Shown here: positions 23,501 through 36,100 of the stretch, piece after piece
Numbering within the stretch: the stretch's first letter is position 1
How the letters are laid out: every line of letters begins with the position of its first letter
Source of the DNA: Phoronis australis
Taxonomy: Eukaryota; Animalia; Phoronida
Reading direction: 5' to 3'
Assembly (NCBI GenBank): GCA_002633005.1
Contig: NMRA01000770.1
Location: 1 to 64,000 of the forward strand
DNA length: 64,000 nt
The notes under the pieces: generated by a model
Seen by the model: the letters and a program-made list of their open reading frames with translations, nothing else
What the model was told of the DNA's origin: nothing
The model's database searches: none
Program-made: the position numbers and the translations under genes

Positions 23501-25864
23501 CCCAAAATTGTACCAATCATACTAAAAATCGTTAACAATTCAGACCGTTAGACGCCGTAAACAGATGCAGTCAACAGGTGGCGAGACCGTCTCGCCCACA
23601 AATTGGCTCACAAAGACCTGCCAAACACCACGTCATGGAGATGAGTGACATTTCGTAACTCCAATCAAACATAGTTCAACAAACAGACAACTTACGAGAA
23701 ATGGAATCGGAAAAAAATGAAGTCTACTAGCTTTTGATGCCGATATTACAAGACACTGTTTTGGGTTTTATATCTGAAAAAATCCACATGGAGATATCTG
23801 ACCAGATTGAAGCACTAGCAAGATGCTGGTGTGGACGTACTTTAATGTACATTCTTCCAATTGTATGATAGGTAGTACACAGAATCGTACAAACGACAAT
23901 TCAATTGTATGGACAAAAATTGCTTTAGAATTGGCCAGACCACATGCTGGTCTGGTCAGTGACAGCTAGTAATAGAGGCAAGTACTACGTAACCAATCCA
24001 ATGAATATACTAGGAACAACTTAAATGATTGGGAATCATTATTCCTAGCATATACTGGTGCTTCTAACCGGTTTTATATGAATTAATCATGCAGACATAC
24101 CTGTCTAGAAGATAATTGAATTACCCCCGAGACATTAGTCTCTTTTGCGTGAAATCCTTTTTTGTGATACCGTATTGTGACACAGAAATAAATTTGGGTT
24201 TTTGAATTTTGCTTCATTCAGTTTTAGGTTTTTACAACAAGACAGCAATGCTGAACGTTGACATGTGCTTACGGTGCGCATCACATATAACAAATGAATG
24301 GATGACAATAAACCAACTCTGGACGTTCTTTAGAACATTAAACATTTCTTACCATTTAATAGAATGAAGACTCTATATAATAGTCATAACCTCCCGTATT
24401 TTAATCATGGAACGTTGCTATGGTTGCGTAAACATCACAAAATGTTTAATCACAAAAAATATCAGGGTCATTACCTCCACAGGGGTGCTCAGCTTCTGAT
24501 CCTCCCAAATCCGTTGATATATACTATAAGGTATGACACTCGGGACTAGGAATTCCACGGGTGCTTCACTTCAGCCGTCCATATCAAACAGAAAACTCAA
24601 TAAATTTACACAAAACATCGGTTCAGCAAACCACGAGCGATTGGTTTTTCTTCCGATAGCATTTACAGTGTCCTGCTCCAGCGAGTTTGCAACAAATTTA
24701 AGGTGAAAGCAAAAAATTCCTCGCAAAAAGTCGACGTGTACTATAGTATAAATCTATAGTGTACTGGAGATGATCAGAATTAGATTACCCCTGTGATTAC
24801 CTCTTGTTATTTCGACGCCCATGAGGATCTTTCATTTAAGACTACAAAGATACTCAAAATAAAAGACATGTATGTTAATTCATTAAAGTTTTCTACAACG
24901 CTATCTTAGGCACAATCCTCATAGTCTTAAAGATGTAGTTGCATGCTCCTAACTATGCTAATGTATATATACAAAAAACTAAACTACATTGCTATTTGAA
25001 TATCATCTATGTTAAACATAGAGCAGTTGTATTCGTTGACAACTTGTAAATGCCAAAACAAAAAAAAATCATTAGCTTCCATCTGTTATTGATTCTTTTA
25101 CGAATTTGAAAGTTGTGATCTTGACTGCACCAATCCCAACAGCTGTTTGTAATTATTTTTCTAAAATCCTTGCCTTGTTTATTTTGGTTTAATGTGTATT
25201 ACCACTTTTTGAAAATGGCATTAGATTTTATTTTTATTTTACAGTATCGAATGTTTTTGTGGAGCCTCTGTGGTCAGAAGACCCCCAGGGGCGGGGGGGG
25301 GTCCCATATGTTCTGTATTTTTAATCAGTATTTGTTTGTTTCATTGAGAAAATAGAGTGAAATACAACACCTAAAATGACAAAAAAATGACACTGAATTT
25401 CTAAAAGCTAGTGTGTATTGCCAGGAAGGAAGTAGAATTGTTTTCCAAGCATTTAGAATGAAAAGCAAGTGCTGACCCCGGATAGCAGTCACAACCTGAC
25501 GACAAAAAAATGTCGAACGTGCGTGCTGCGGCAGCTGCGCCACAGCCTAATTGGTACGAGTAATACATTTTTGGAATCACCATGATCACCCTAACGACAG
25601 GATTCAGAAAATATTAATATCAAGTATGTACGTTAATGGAGTCGGATTGTAAACGATAACCCTGTTGGTTCCCTGTTTTTTTTTTACTTATCTAGCGGCT
25701 CCACCACTTGTCCACCCTGTCTAAGAGCCTTGGACAGGCGATACGTACAAACCAGCAGTACACTTGTCACTATACTGGCCCGCCCCACCTTATATGTTTA
25801 GGCCTACCTCTTCCAAATAGTGTTCTAACGCCATTGCGCTATTCAGACTAATACGTTCTTCCAT
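8407..25864 (-). CDS. Rhomboid protease paralogue A (RHBDL1/3-like, EF-hand + 7TM), ~380 aa; complement(join(8407..8582,9271..9363,10217..10307,11044..11144,12336..12448,13348..13502,14551..14718,18159..18347,25808..25864))
   Basis: Exon phases are consistent and give one ORF with EF-hand DRDNDGYITYQEF, WR motif (EAWRF), H-x4-N (HLIAN), catalytic GASGG and AHFGG. Confidence 0.9.
8660..8762. repeat. 34-bp tandem repeat x3
   Basis: Unit aatgcagacgtctgatccaacctcattatggtaa. Confidence 0.85.
9271..9363 (-). CDS. Rhomboid A exon 8, catalytic His (GFAAHFGGALSG)
   Basis: 93 nt, AG/GTCAGT, AHxxG motif. Confidence 0.9.
10217..10307 (-). CDS. Rhomboid A exon 7 (NWSEMNHEW...RLTIILLL)
   Basis: 91 nt, AG/GTGAGT; matches paralogue 34260-34350. 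Confidence 0.88.
10794..11028. mobile_element. MITE (PIF/Harbinger-like termini) ~235 bp
   Basis: TIRs gggtcctgttccaagaaaactgactta / taagtcagtttcttggaacgggctcc. Confidence 0.65.
11044..11144 (-). CDS. Rhomboid A exon 6, catalytic Ser (LAGASGGAY)
   Basis: 101 nt, AG/GTGAGT, GxSG motif. Confidence 0.92.
12336..12448 (-). CDS. Rhomboid A exon 5 (YVHLIANMLFQLLLGIPLEMVHHWWRV...), GC donor
   Basis: 113 nt as in the paralogue; donor CAG|GCAAGT. Confidence 0.88.
12670..12747. mobile_element. Short hairpin repeat family (other copies 16145-16242, 31833-31914, 51229-51331, 58753-58856)
   Basis: Shared core ttttgagaaccagtt...aactggttctcaaaa with inverted arms. Confidence 0.6.
12770..12992 (-). mobile_element. 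Fragment of a Helentron/HINE-like interspersed repeat
   Basis: gatggcataatgcgcccacat...gtgggcatataaaaat is a near reverse complement of 63714-63757. Left boundary uncertain. Confidence 0.45.
13066..13369 (-). repeat. 38-bp minisatellite x8 made of the last 21 nt of rhomboid A exon 4 plus the first 17 nt of the intron
   Basis: Sense unit ctacatgttcattcacgtagg|gtgagttctgaacagag; period 38. Confidence 0.92.
13348..13502 (-). CDS. Rhomboid A exon 4 (LIIFIVY...EAWRFITYMFIHVG)
   Basis: 155 nt, AG/GTGAGT; WR motif; same size as paralogue exon 39293-39447. Confidence 0.9.
14362..14550 (-). repeat. ~23-bp AT-rich minisatellite starting at the rhomboid A exon 3 donor
   Basis: Sense unit ~gttagtttagtaattagtaaaaa; first unit is the GTTAGT donor at 14550. 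Confidence 0.85.
14551..14718 (-). CDS. Rhomboid A exon 3 (VMSERDQ...YSCKPPPLFIIFISLVE)
   Basis: 168 nt, AG/GTTAGT; Y-x-C-x-PPPLF motif typical of RHBDL proteins. Confidence 0.9.
15351..15618. repeat. 15-bp minisatellite (~17-18 copies)
   Basis: Unit tgaaata(a/g)ccaaat; explains the spurious ISIWLFQFGYFNL ORFs. Confidence 0.95.
17869..18199 (-). repeat. Compound repeat (78/81-bp units carrying the EF-hand exon end plus donor, then 33-bp units)
   Basis: caagaattcaggaccctg|gtaaattttcagccaatcacatttctttgtt reiterated; donor copies at 18080 and 17999. Confidence 0.9.
18159..18347 (-). CDS. Rhomboid A exon 2, EF-hand (NFQPAF...KYDRDNDGYITYQEFRTL)
   Basis: tttttgtAG acceptor, GTAAAT donor, 189 nt open, canonical EF loop. 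Confidence 0.85.
21157..21480. mobile_element. MITE with GCGGATCC-type TIRs, inserted in one unit of a local tandem duplication
   Basis: catatgcggatccagggg ... cctggatccgcccttg; the flanks rejoin as in the uninterrupted copy near 20955 (aaaaggaatgcaaggagacaacagagagt). Related copy at 31071-31206. Confidence 0.65.
25808..25864 (-). CDS. Rhomboid A first coding exon (MEERISLNSAMALEHYLEE)
   Basis: aagATGG context, phase-0 donor GAG|GTAGGC, resembles the paralogue B start MEEHTRL; acceptor at 25887-25888 implies an upstream non-coding exon. Confidence 0.6.
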
Positions 25865-27951
25865 CTTAAAGTAAACTCCACTCGTCCTAAACAGGAACAG
25901 CAGTGACGGCGAAAGTTTACGATGACCACTAGCCTACTAGGAAAAGGAAAATACAAGCAACCAACCAAGTTAAACACTAACAGCTTAACACCAAAGTAGG
26001 TCATACAGGCGACCTATTTATTGTTCTGGGATAACCATGATTCTAGGGGTGTGCACTTAACTTTTGACCGTAAACATCATTGTTTTATAAAAAGAAGCCA
26101 TTTTATAAGTACCTATAGTACTTTATACTATATAATTATACAATAAATTAAAATATCTGCTTAAACGAATGCAAAAATATACTTGCTATATATAAATTGA
26201 TGTTCGACCCCCCTGTGGATAGTCCATCTTTAGACTGAGCGGCTCAGGCTCGACCAAGCATTATTGAATTCTCTAGTTATTATAAGCTTAAAATGTTTAC
26301 GTGATCATTGTCATTTCAGTCTTGAAGATTCTTAAAAATAGAATTTGCTAGTGATACATTCAGTAGTTTAATTTCTTAAGGGACAGAGAAATGTCATTAG
26401 CGCAAAATGGCCGGCAGTTTTTAGCCGGCGGAGCGTATTGAGCCAGTCATTAGGCTACTCTACCCGCCGTAGCAAAATCTATGGATGGGCCCCTTGAGTT
26501 GGTTAATTTGCTAGACCTACGCCAACTAAGTGGTGCATATTGTGGCCAGTTGTGGAGCAACCTAATCTTTTCACTCGAAATAGTCGAAAGGAGATTTAGC
26601 ATTTTCCCTCGTTTAGTAAGTGCTCATGGTGTGTGACTCGAGCCAGCCAAGAGTGTGACTGGTCGGGTGGCTTACTTGGTCTGCGACATGACCGCTCGGA
26701 GATGACTGACGTCGTGCCGGACTGAGCGGAACTCCAATTTTGCACTTCATAACATGAGTCATAAGTTTGAGCCCGACTGACTCGAAATTTCGACTTAAAA
26801 TCTCGCGTTCATCAACTGTTGATTCGACTGCATGCAATTGTCTACAGTTTACATATGTAGGCCTACACGTGAAATAAAATTAAAAAATGAAAACTTACAA
26901 CAGTAACTGCCGTCTGGCAGACTGGGGGGTGTAAATGGTACATGAATGTGCTTTATGTAATTGCACTCATTGTCAATTGATTTGAAATGTTATGGAAAGT
27001 TTACCTGAAGGATTCTAGTCTATTGCATTCAATTTGTGTTACCGATGATTCGACTTGCCAACGTGCCTGTCCCGTTCTTGGCCGACTGGTTTAGTTTTTA
27101 AGTACCATCACGCCACAGCATTAAAATGTCTCACAACAGAATTGACATATTATCTTATACTATAGCAATTTCCAACGTCACATAGCCCTATTTCCCCGTA
27201 TTACCAAGAAGAAAAAGAGGGCCCAACTTGTTTGGATTTTGCGACAGGCGCAATTTTGGCAATTCGACACCCAAACGCCATCCGGACGCTTTACCTAAGT
27301 AGTCACACTTCGTAGCAAGGCACTATACTCTCCAGTGTTAAAAAAGACGTCGCAACGTTTTTGTGTGCTGCAGCGAATATTTCACGTTTGTGTTTTGACA
27401 CAGATACAAAAGTCACGCTTTTTATCCCAATGTCCCGCTTTTCAACCCTGTTTCATTGGCTGCGCAGTGCAGAAAAAAGTGTGGGGGGGGGTATGTACAG
27501 GTGTCATGATTGTATCTTTATTTTTATTGTTATTTTCCACAGTCCTTAAAGAGGTAGATAAATGATTAATATGTTTTCGAGGTGGATTTCCCAAGCAAAA
27601 GTACTAGATCCCTGTCCCGCCGGTTACAAACAGAACGAAACAGGACTGATTAGGAACAAAATTCACTGCGTGGCTCAAGTCATTCAAAATCCTTAACAAG
27701 AAAACATTAGCATTGCTTGCATCTGTAGTCTAACGCGTATAATATGTCTCCAAGATGTTTCCACTACACTCCGTGTCCCGGCCATAGGCGCATCGACCTA
27801 TGCTCTGCAATTAGGCGCATGGGGTACTCCGATTATACACGAACCGTGATTTAACAGAAATACACTACCGCCACCATTTTACTTTTCACATAGCGTATGG
27901 CGTCTATGACACTCCGGGTGAAGTAAAAGGCTAGATAAACAGATTAAATTG

Positions 27952-28197
27952 CATGCGCGCACCCAGGGGGAGGGCTCTGAGGGCTCGAATGAGCCCCCCA
28001 ATAGGCGAAGTGGGCAAAATAGGCCCGCCCCTGAGAGACAAAAAGTCCGAGAAAATGAGAAATAAGTCCACTAAATCAGCGCAAAGTCCCAATTCAGAGA
28101 GGTGCTTCCGTTTTTTTTATTTTTTAGCAAATGGTTGGTTCACAGCCGTGAACGTCGGGAATTCGATCCCCCATATCGAAGGCTGGGTGCGCGCATG
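27952..28197 (+). mobile_element. MITE with catgcgcgcacccag TIRs
   Basis: Perfect 15-bp TIR; related inverted copy at 29640-29869. Confidence 0.7.
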
Positions 28198-29639
28198 AAT
28201 TACGATATTGAAAGTGGTCCTCTGCCACTGAAACTGAATTCAACCATCTCACCAGGTATTTTTACGATTTGTTCGTGAATATTTTTAATTTTTGTTGATC
28301 AAGGGATGTTATTTTAGTTTCAATTTTCAAAAAAAAATGATCCGTCAACTGCTCGCCACTTCGTCGATTTTCTCCTCATTTGGTATGGCAAGACGAAAAC
28401 GTAGCACATTTCCCTTATATGGAAAATGTGACCTTTGACCCCAAGCCACTTCGAACAACTAATTGTGAGCGCATGCGCGCATTTATCATAAGTGGGGTTG
28501 AGACGACTCTGTGGTAAACACGGAGTTTTCGTTCGCGCGTATTTCAAAAATCGTAAATTTTGTCACTTTTTGTAAATTTCCTCACACGATAAATTGAATT
28601 ACTCTGTACTAAAGATTGCTACATCATACTTTGGTCAGGAACTGTTAAAAGATATTTTTGTCGAGCTTTCACGTTCCATGCCTCTTTGAATACTAGCCTA
28701 CCCTAAGTAAAACTCGTAGCTTCGTTTTATGAGAAGGCCTTTAGACTAGATAAAACGATACTTAGTCAAACGCATCTTCACCATCTAAAAAGTTGTAAAC
28801 TATAAGTGGTATCATGCTTAACGTGTCTGACTTGTATGTGGGCCTTATGTCTTATGCATAGGCATTGGTAGCACGCAATCTGACGTGGGCGGCGTCTGAC
28901 TCGCAGCTGGAGCACCATGATCAAAACAAGTTCTACACAAATGTCTGGCATGCAAATGTTTGCTCCTAAGCTCCGGTATTAGGCGCAGGCTCTACAAGTA
29001 GGTGCATCTTCTCAAGTACTCGACAATTTATATTCTCAAATAATGAAAAATATTAGGCTCTAGAGCATTTTTTTTTCAAAAAAATACAGTCATTTGTTGA
29101 TGTTTCAAAAGCCGTAAAGTTTTGATCATTGTTCAACAAAACACTATTAAAATGCGGGTTACAGGAAAACTATGAACGTTGAAGGTAAAAGGCATTCTGG
29201 TTAACATAAAACGCAGCTTTAGGAATGAAGACTTTAAACCCATGGAGAGCCCCGATAACGCAATCAATTGTCGTTCTATTCCTACTTTACGTTGCCCAAA
29301 AGATGAAGTCTCCTCGTAAAATTAGTAACCAGTGTCTGACAGTCGTTACTTTTGCTTGTCCGTCGATTTTTTAAAGGAACGTGACACTGTGGTTCGGACA
29401 CTGTGGCGAGGATGAGCCCGCATCGCTATGCTTCGATTTTCGTACTATTGGCGTTTATTTTTCCATAAAAAATTCTTTGTTGTTGTATTTTTCTCACTCT
29501 TAACAAGACACACCGTGCAAAAATGAATAAACAAAATACTGAAAAAAATATCATACCTCAGTGCCTGATTAAAGATTCTCGTGCGTGCTGTTTTATTTAA
29601 AACCTATTCTTCTACTAATGATACAAGTCACGTGGTTTC

Positions 29640-29869
29640 CATGTGCGCACCCAGCCTAAAAATGGGGGGTCTCCAATTTTTGGGAAGTGCACCTTTTACT
29701 AAAAAAAAACGTTCACAGTTATGAATTGTGCATTCACCGAATTAAGTGAACTTTCGTCTCATTTTCTATTGTTTTCAGAGTTTCTGTTTCTATGAGACGT
29801 ACCTTTTTTCCCACTTCACCAAATTGGGGGATTCCTTCAAGCCCCCGAGCCCCTCTGGGTGCATGCATG
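29640..29869 (-). mobile_element. MITE, same family as 27952-28197, opposite orientation
   Basis: catgtgcgcacccag ... ctgggtgcatgcatg; internal similarity on the reverse strand. Confidence 0.65.
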
Positions 29870-30749
29870 GTTTTTAGCTTCGTTTCCGGGGCAGTGGTAC
29901 AGTTTGTGAGCCATTCATTCAACTACATTGTGACTCAAATAACAAACGTATGTCTAAAAGTGTATGCTGTTTCAATTAAACTGACGTTTTCCATTTCTAA
30001 TGGTAGATCTTTAGAGTCGGCGTGCTTATTTGCATTGACCCAGCAGACCAACAGATGTATAGACGAAGCATTACCAGCAGAGATATTTCCGGTAACATCG
30101 CTATAGCAGCACCGCTCTATCTGGACAGATTTCACGCCGGTCCCGTTTCATGCTTATTCCGCTACACGTTTGTCGCGATTACAACATAACGTGCGCGTTT
30201 GAGTATACACGTAACATATGCTCTGGTTGCTCTTGACAAGGACAGTACAGTTTTAACACCGGCTTTAACTTCGAAATAATCCACCTGATTTTCAGTTGGG
30301 AATATCGCAGATGGAAATGACGCCATTCTTTCGTAAACAAGTTACTTTTTGAATGGCAGCCATAACTGAGCGCCATCTGCAGGATATTAGAATATTTCAT
30401 TTACAATAAAAACATGTTTTGGCCACTCGTCCGAAGAAACAGCAATTGCAGAGTGGCATGAACAGAACCAACGTAATTTTTTCATCATCGCAAACACGTT
30501 AATTAGAATTCACCAGTCCATAACTTTAAATTATTGGGTCGAGTTTAAGGCCTGAACCCATCAGCAGATTTGTCATTAACAGCTCTCCAAAGTCGGTTGA
30601 CGCAAACTCCTTCTTTTGAATGCGTGCTCTTTTTGGAGACACTCTTTTAGAGGTGCATTTTTATAATTTCCAATTGATTTCAACATGAGCGCGCAATTTG
30701 CAACTTTAAAGCAAAGGTAAATGCTTAATCTGGAGGTAAACTAAAGTAC

Positions 30750-31023
30750 AAGCAGACACATAAACACCTGCAGTACTCCTGGCGCACTGAGCAAGCAGAC
30801 ACATGTACACCTGCAGTACTCCAGGCACACTGAGCAAGCAGACAAATGTACATCTGCAGTACTCCAGGCAGTCGCACACTGAGCAAGCAGATACATGTAC
30901 ATCTGCAGTACTCCAGGCAGTCGCACACTGAGCAAGCAGACACATGTACACCTGCAGTACTCCAGGCACACTGAGCAAGCAGACACATGTACACCTGCAA
31001 TACTCCAGGTGCAATGAGCAAGA
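30750..31023. repeat. 43-51-bp minisatellite (~6 copies)
   Basis: Unit caagcagacacatgtacacctgcagtactccaggca(gtcgca)cactgag. Confidence 0.9.
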
Positions 31024-31601
31024 CAATACTGTTCATTGGCAAGAATCTTCACTGCCTTCACAACCAAACACAGTGGCAGATTTATGGGGGTGGGGGGGAA
31101 GGGCCCCCAAAATTCTCCTAGACTCAATTTGGCAATTTAGGGGTGCAAATGCCTGGGTAAATACTCTGCCCTGCCACCCTAACTCAAAACCCTGGATCTC
31201 TCCCTGAAATACCTTAGTTACAAAGGAAAACACAAACTTAACTCTCACAAATTATTTCAAAAAAAGAAACACAAAATGACAAGATATGACACAATTGAAA
31301 AACAGAAAGAAATATCTATCTGTAAATAACTATAACCTAAGTTTATAAATAACTATAACTTAGCTCACATAAAGTCAGCCTTAAGACATTCAGTAAAAAA
31401 ATAGCCACTGAATGCAAAGGAACCATGATATGACACAACATCCTAATACTCAGGTTTCGTAATAAAGGTCATGACATATCAACAGAAGAACAGCAGTTAC
31501 AACGCCCCCCCCATTTCTGGTTTCTTCTCTTGTAGTTTTACAATTTTTGAGTTCAAAACAATGAAAAAGTTCAATTTGCAATGACAAACTTTTTCTGGTC
31601 C

Positions 31602-31699
31602 GCAGAGTCTAGAATGGGTGGGGGAACGTTCCTGCAGAGTCTAGAATGGGTGGGGGAACGTTCCTGCAGAGTATAGAATGGGTGGGGGAACGTTCCTGC
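31602..31699. repeat. ~32-bp tandem repeat x3
   Basis: Unit gcagagtctagaatgggtgggggaacgttcct. Confidence 0.9.
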
Positions 31700-33022
31700 G
31701 AACAGGCAATAGTTACCACTGCCACCTAACTCTGTTCCCTAATCCTAAAACAAAAGAAGCCTATAGGCACAGCTGCAACCGTGAGTACCTTTTCCATCCC
31801 TAATCAGTACAAATCACTCATGACTGCCGCTTAGGTCCTGGATTTTGAGAGCCAGTTTTCACCACTATGATAGTGAATAACAGGCATCAAATTAGTTCTC
31901 AAAATCCTGGACCTGTGTAGATAACTATGACTGCCAAAATTCCAGCGTTCTTGAAATTTTTGAGAAGCACATCCTTGACAATATCTTTCACTTAACTCAT
32001 GTGATAAGAGTGTCAGTCACCATCTAGGGAGAACATTCATGTCACAACATTCAAGAAACAAGTATGAAGTAGTAATCGTGTCAAAGGTCAAAGGTAATAA
32101 CCACATCAAATGAGAGATCCAGCTTGAAAATGGCTCCATGGCATTACATTTATAGTACATCAGACACAAGAAACATGGGCAGTGTAACTCTAATCAACAT
32201 GGTCTGACATGTAAAACAGAGACGAGGCAACACATACATTAAGTAAAAAAAATCACAGCTATTACATGTACATTTCAAAAGAAAATGCACAAACAAAATT
32301 GTATAAGAGCACAACATACAAGTGCGAAGACAATTAAAAGCAGAGATAACCTCACTTAAAACTAATACACAACTAATCCTGAACAGATGAACAAAATCAA
32401 CTTTTGAAGCCACGTGTAGAGAGCTCCATCTGGTGACAAGCATGATTGTTTTGGTTAAAGTTTCGAGGAAGAACCCGTTTACATCGATTTCTAATACCGC
32501 GGGAATGAATGCAGTCTATTGATTGCTTCAACGAGAAGTTTAACCCCCGCTAGCTTGATATATAACAATTTCAAGTTTGCCGTTTTGGCTTAGCTTAATT
32601 AGCACTCTGTGGGACTAAATCAAACGTTATGTAAATGTAGATCACATGACCATGATCGCACGACTGTATTCTTCAAGAAAATGGAATGTCATTTCTTGTG
32701 CATTACACAATGCTTACTAGAAACAAAAATGGACAAATACACTTTTTAAAAACACGACTTGTTGGAATGATGCAGTGCTTGTATTTTAGACCTTGCTTTA
32801 GGAGTCTGATACTCAATATTACACCCCAAATGCTAGAGCTCTCCCTCAGACATGAAGAAGCTAGGGGTATTGACTAGCCTTATGAGAACTAAAACAACAC
32901 GGACCAGTGAAAAATAGACATATCCAAACATACTGGTATACTAGCTATGCAACAGAGTTACGTGCGGACAACTTTTTGAGAAGTATCGCGTCAAAACACG
33001 GTAAGCGACGTTCCTGAGCATC

Positions 33023-33198
33023 TTACAGTGACCCACAACATGGCGTCCACTCACTCTCGGGAAAGCCGTGCCAGAAAGTATTCCACAAGACAGCGAATAA
33101 GACGAGAAGGAAGTAGCTGACAATGGCCACCCACAAGAAGACGCGCTCCCACCGTTTCTCTTGAAGATTCCTCAACACGGGAATCCCGATGAGAAGAC
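33023..33198 (-). CDS. Rhomboid B last coding exon (GLLIGIPVLRNLQ...WTPCCGSL*)
   Basis: 176 nt ending in TAA; part of ORF 33023..33238. Confidence 0.9.
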
Positions 33199-36100
33199 CT
33201 GTAATGAAGAAGAGTGTTACGCCATATTGATGAAGCAATACAAAGCTTTCAAAGATAACATTCCACGAAAGAAATGAAAATTCTCCGTCTCAACACATCT
33301 CCGCAGTGTAGCTGTGCAAATATGATTTGTTAAGAAGTTTTTGAGATATACAAGGCAAGGAAAGGTAATTACGCAAGCAGATGCTTAGATACATAAATGT
33401 GTCATCACTTGGCACGACACGTGTCCCTTACACTATGAGACGTACTTTGCATCTTGTGTTGACAAAATGTATGACTGAGACTGCTGAAGTCATACAAGCG
33501 TGTTAAATGCTGCCGGTAAAGCTGTCGTCTATACGAGACTGCAAATTTTGTACGAGTGCATAAAAATCTCGCGTGCTTATTTGGGATGCTAGAAATGCAA
33601 AACAGCGCTACACGTGAAATTCACCATGGGCATTTTGATCCTAAGAAGTAATCTGCACAGTTCGACAAAATGAAAACTGACCAGAGAGGGCACCACCAAA
33701 GTGAGCCGCATAGCTCGTGTTACTGCTTCCTGGGGTGTAGCGTTGGTAAATAGCGACCCCGGTGTCTGCGACAACTGTAAATGAGAGTCGAATTCAAATG
33801 TCTGCATCACTAATTTACTTTTTCCTGATCAAAGTCTGAAAAATGGACTATGAAACTAATTTTCAAAAAAATAATTCTTTTCGTATTTCAATGGCAACAG
33901 TGAATTGCTTTGAAGATAAGTAATAATAATATTAAGTTTTCTTTACCTATCAATTAACACATAGTTTCTTCAACAATAGTTGACAAAATTTTCAATAACA
34001 TTTTCGCAAAAAGGCTCAGAATTTTTTCTAAAGTTAATTGTTATGTGGTGATATTTCAATCGAAAATCATTGAGGTAAAACCACATTCATCGTGACACAA
34101 AATATTTTTTCTTGCTTATGCAAAAATTCTTAAGGTGTTAGAATTTCAAGACAATAGCTCAACACAATGCAATCATCAATTATGACATAGCAGCACTACG
34201 ACGAGCTGAAGTTTACAGGAGTTGCCACAACAATAATCCAATCACATGTTGAAACTCACCAAAGAGAAGTATCAATGCTAACCGAACGGTGGCACTGCAT
34301 ATTATTTTCGTTACTTTGGATGTCCATTCATGGTTCATCTCTTGCCAGTTCTGCAAAATAAAGAGAATGTATTAACACATAAGGTCATGCAATGCCAACA
34401 TGGCACAATGTTGATTGTGGTGACATCCCAACTGTGACCTCCCAACTGTGACCTCCCAACAGAAAGGACAATTTAGTTTAATTTTGTACGATTCCCTTTT
34501 ATTTTCCTTATTATTTTCTTTGTGTTATGGCTGATTGTTAAATTATTTTTACCTAAATAATTCATTACTACCTACACGTAAGCCAAGATTGAATGCTTCA
34601 TTTTCTGGGCCAAATCTCCATTATTACCATTATTGCATTGTCTTCTACGTGTGTAGCAGTAAAAAAGGCCAAGGATTCGATCCCAGAATCCATGCTGTAG
34701 TCAAGCTGCTGTAGCTTAGGTAAAGGCACTGCACTGCTTTAGCCAGTTCTGCAAGTCATGGCTGGGAAGTGAACTCTGTCTTTAAATAAAGGTTGAACAA
34801 AGGGAGAGCTGAAAGACTCAGATCTCCACCTGTGTTAAAGTTGCATCTGGCTAAAGATGGAAATTCACATTAGGCGTTATACTTTCATAAATCTGTCTCA
34901 TAGCAACAATAACAATCCTTATAGCATCATTAGGATCACACTTGTGCAGCCAAAAACAAGAAAATGCTTTAATAAACAATTATTGTGGTGGCCCATCGTA
35001 AAATTGGCAATTTGAAAATGATATATGTAGTGTGCAGTGCCTGTGAATTGAGTTGACAGCCCAATCAGCAACAATCAAGATCCGATAAGCATGGGGAAAG
35101 TAGAGCCAATCCGAATACCGTAGAGGCCATATTTAACGCCAGAAGCCGTATTTCAGGGTTGATGAGCAGTCTCCTGGTGGAGTAAATTCACAAGTGCAAG
35201 CCAAATTTGACTGAGCTCGTTCATTTGGGTTACCAATGTCATTAATACAAGGCGTCGTTCCTGAAAAAGCAGTTTTACTGCTCCAAAAACAGATTTACCG
35301 ATGGAAATTACGCAGCATGGCGACCAAGCGGCTATTTTTGGGCCTTTCTGAAGTTTCATTCTCGGACATCATCAATAGGACAAACTAGATAGCGTCCCTG
35401 GCAAACAAAATCAGCCAAAAATTCAAATCCAATGAAAACGTTTCGTTATGGATGCATACAGTATATGTACACTGAGAGCTAAGGTCTTTACTAGAAATTG
35501 CAGTAACCTAATACTAACCATTGTGTTTTTTACTGAGACAATCGTCTGCACGAGGGTCATAGAGTAATATCTGCTTTTTGAGATACAGTCCTTACCTCAA
35601 GTTTTGCAACAACAGCACAGTTTCCACTGTTATTTTCCAGTGCTGTGGCTAACATGGTAAAATGTTTTTATTACTATTGACAGTCCAGAAACTAAGACAC
35701 AAAAACAGACCAAAGAAACTATTTGAAACTAAAACGACACACTGCTGCACAACTGTTCAGGGAATGTTTTGATTTTTACATTCCCGGTTGGATTTTTTTT
35801 TTCTAAGTTTCCAACAAACTTTTGATATTATTGAATGGCTCAGTTCTTTAACTTGTATATTTCACAAACTGAAAATTCTAATCAATTCATTATAAGATAA
35901 ATCTTTATTGATTACTCAACACTTTTACAGCTGGATAGTCTTGTCACTTAACCAGCTTGGTACCGTACTTGGCATACAAATGACGTCATAAAACAACAAG
36001 CAGGAGCACACAACAAGGTTTTGCGGCAATGATGCAAACAAGTCCATCCACATGGGATTAATAGGTCAACCTACATACATGAGAATACTGCTGCGATATC

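Noticed and set aside
24101-24217. 39-codon minus-strand ATG-to-donor frame (MKQNSK...SSRQ|GTATGT) as an alternative rhomboid A first exon
   Set aside because: Phase-compatible, but no similarity to the paralogue; cannot be supported without transcripts.
24475-24582. Minus-strand ATG-GAC-GGC-TGA followed by an open frame to a phase-0 donor (selenocysteine/read-through or alternative first exon)
   Set aside because: No SECIS or homology support; 25808-25864 is a better first coding exon. It may be a non-coding exon or chance.
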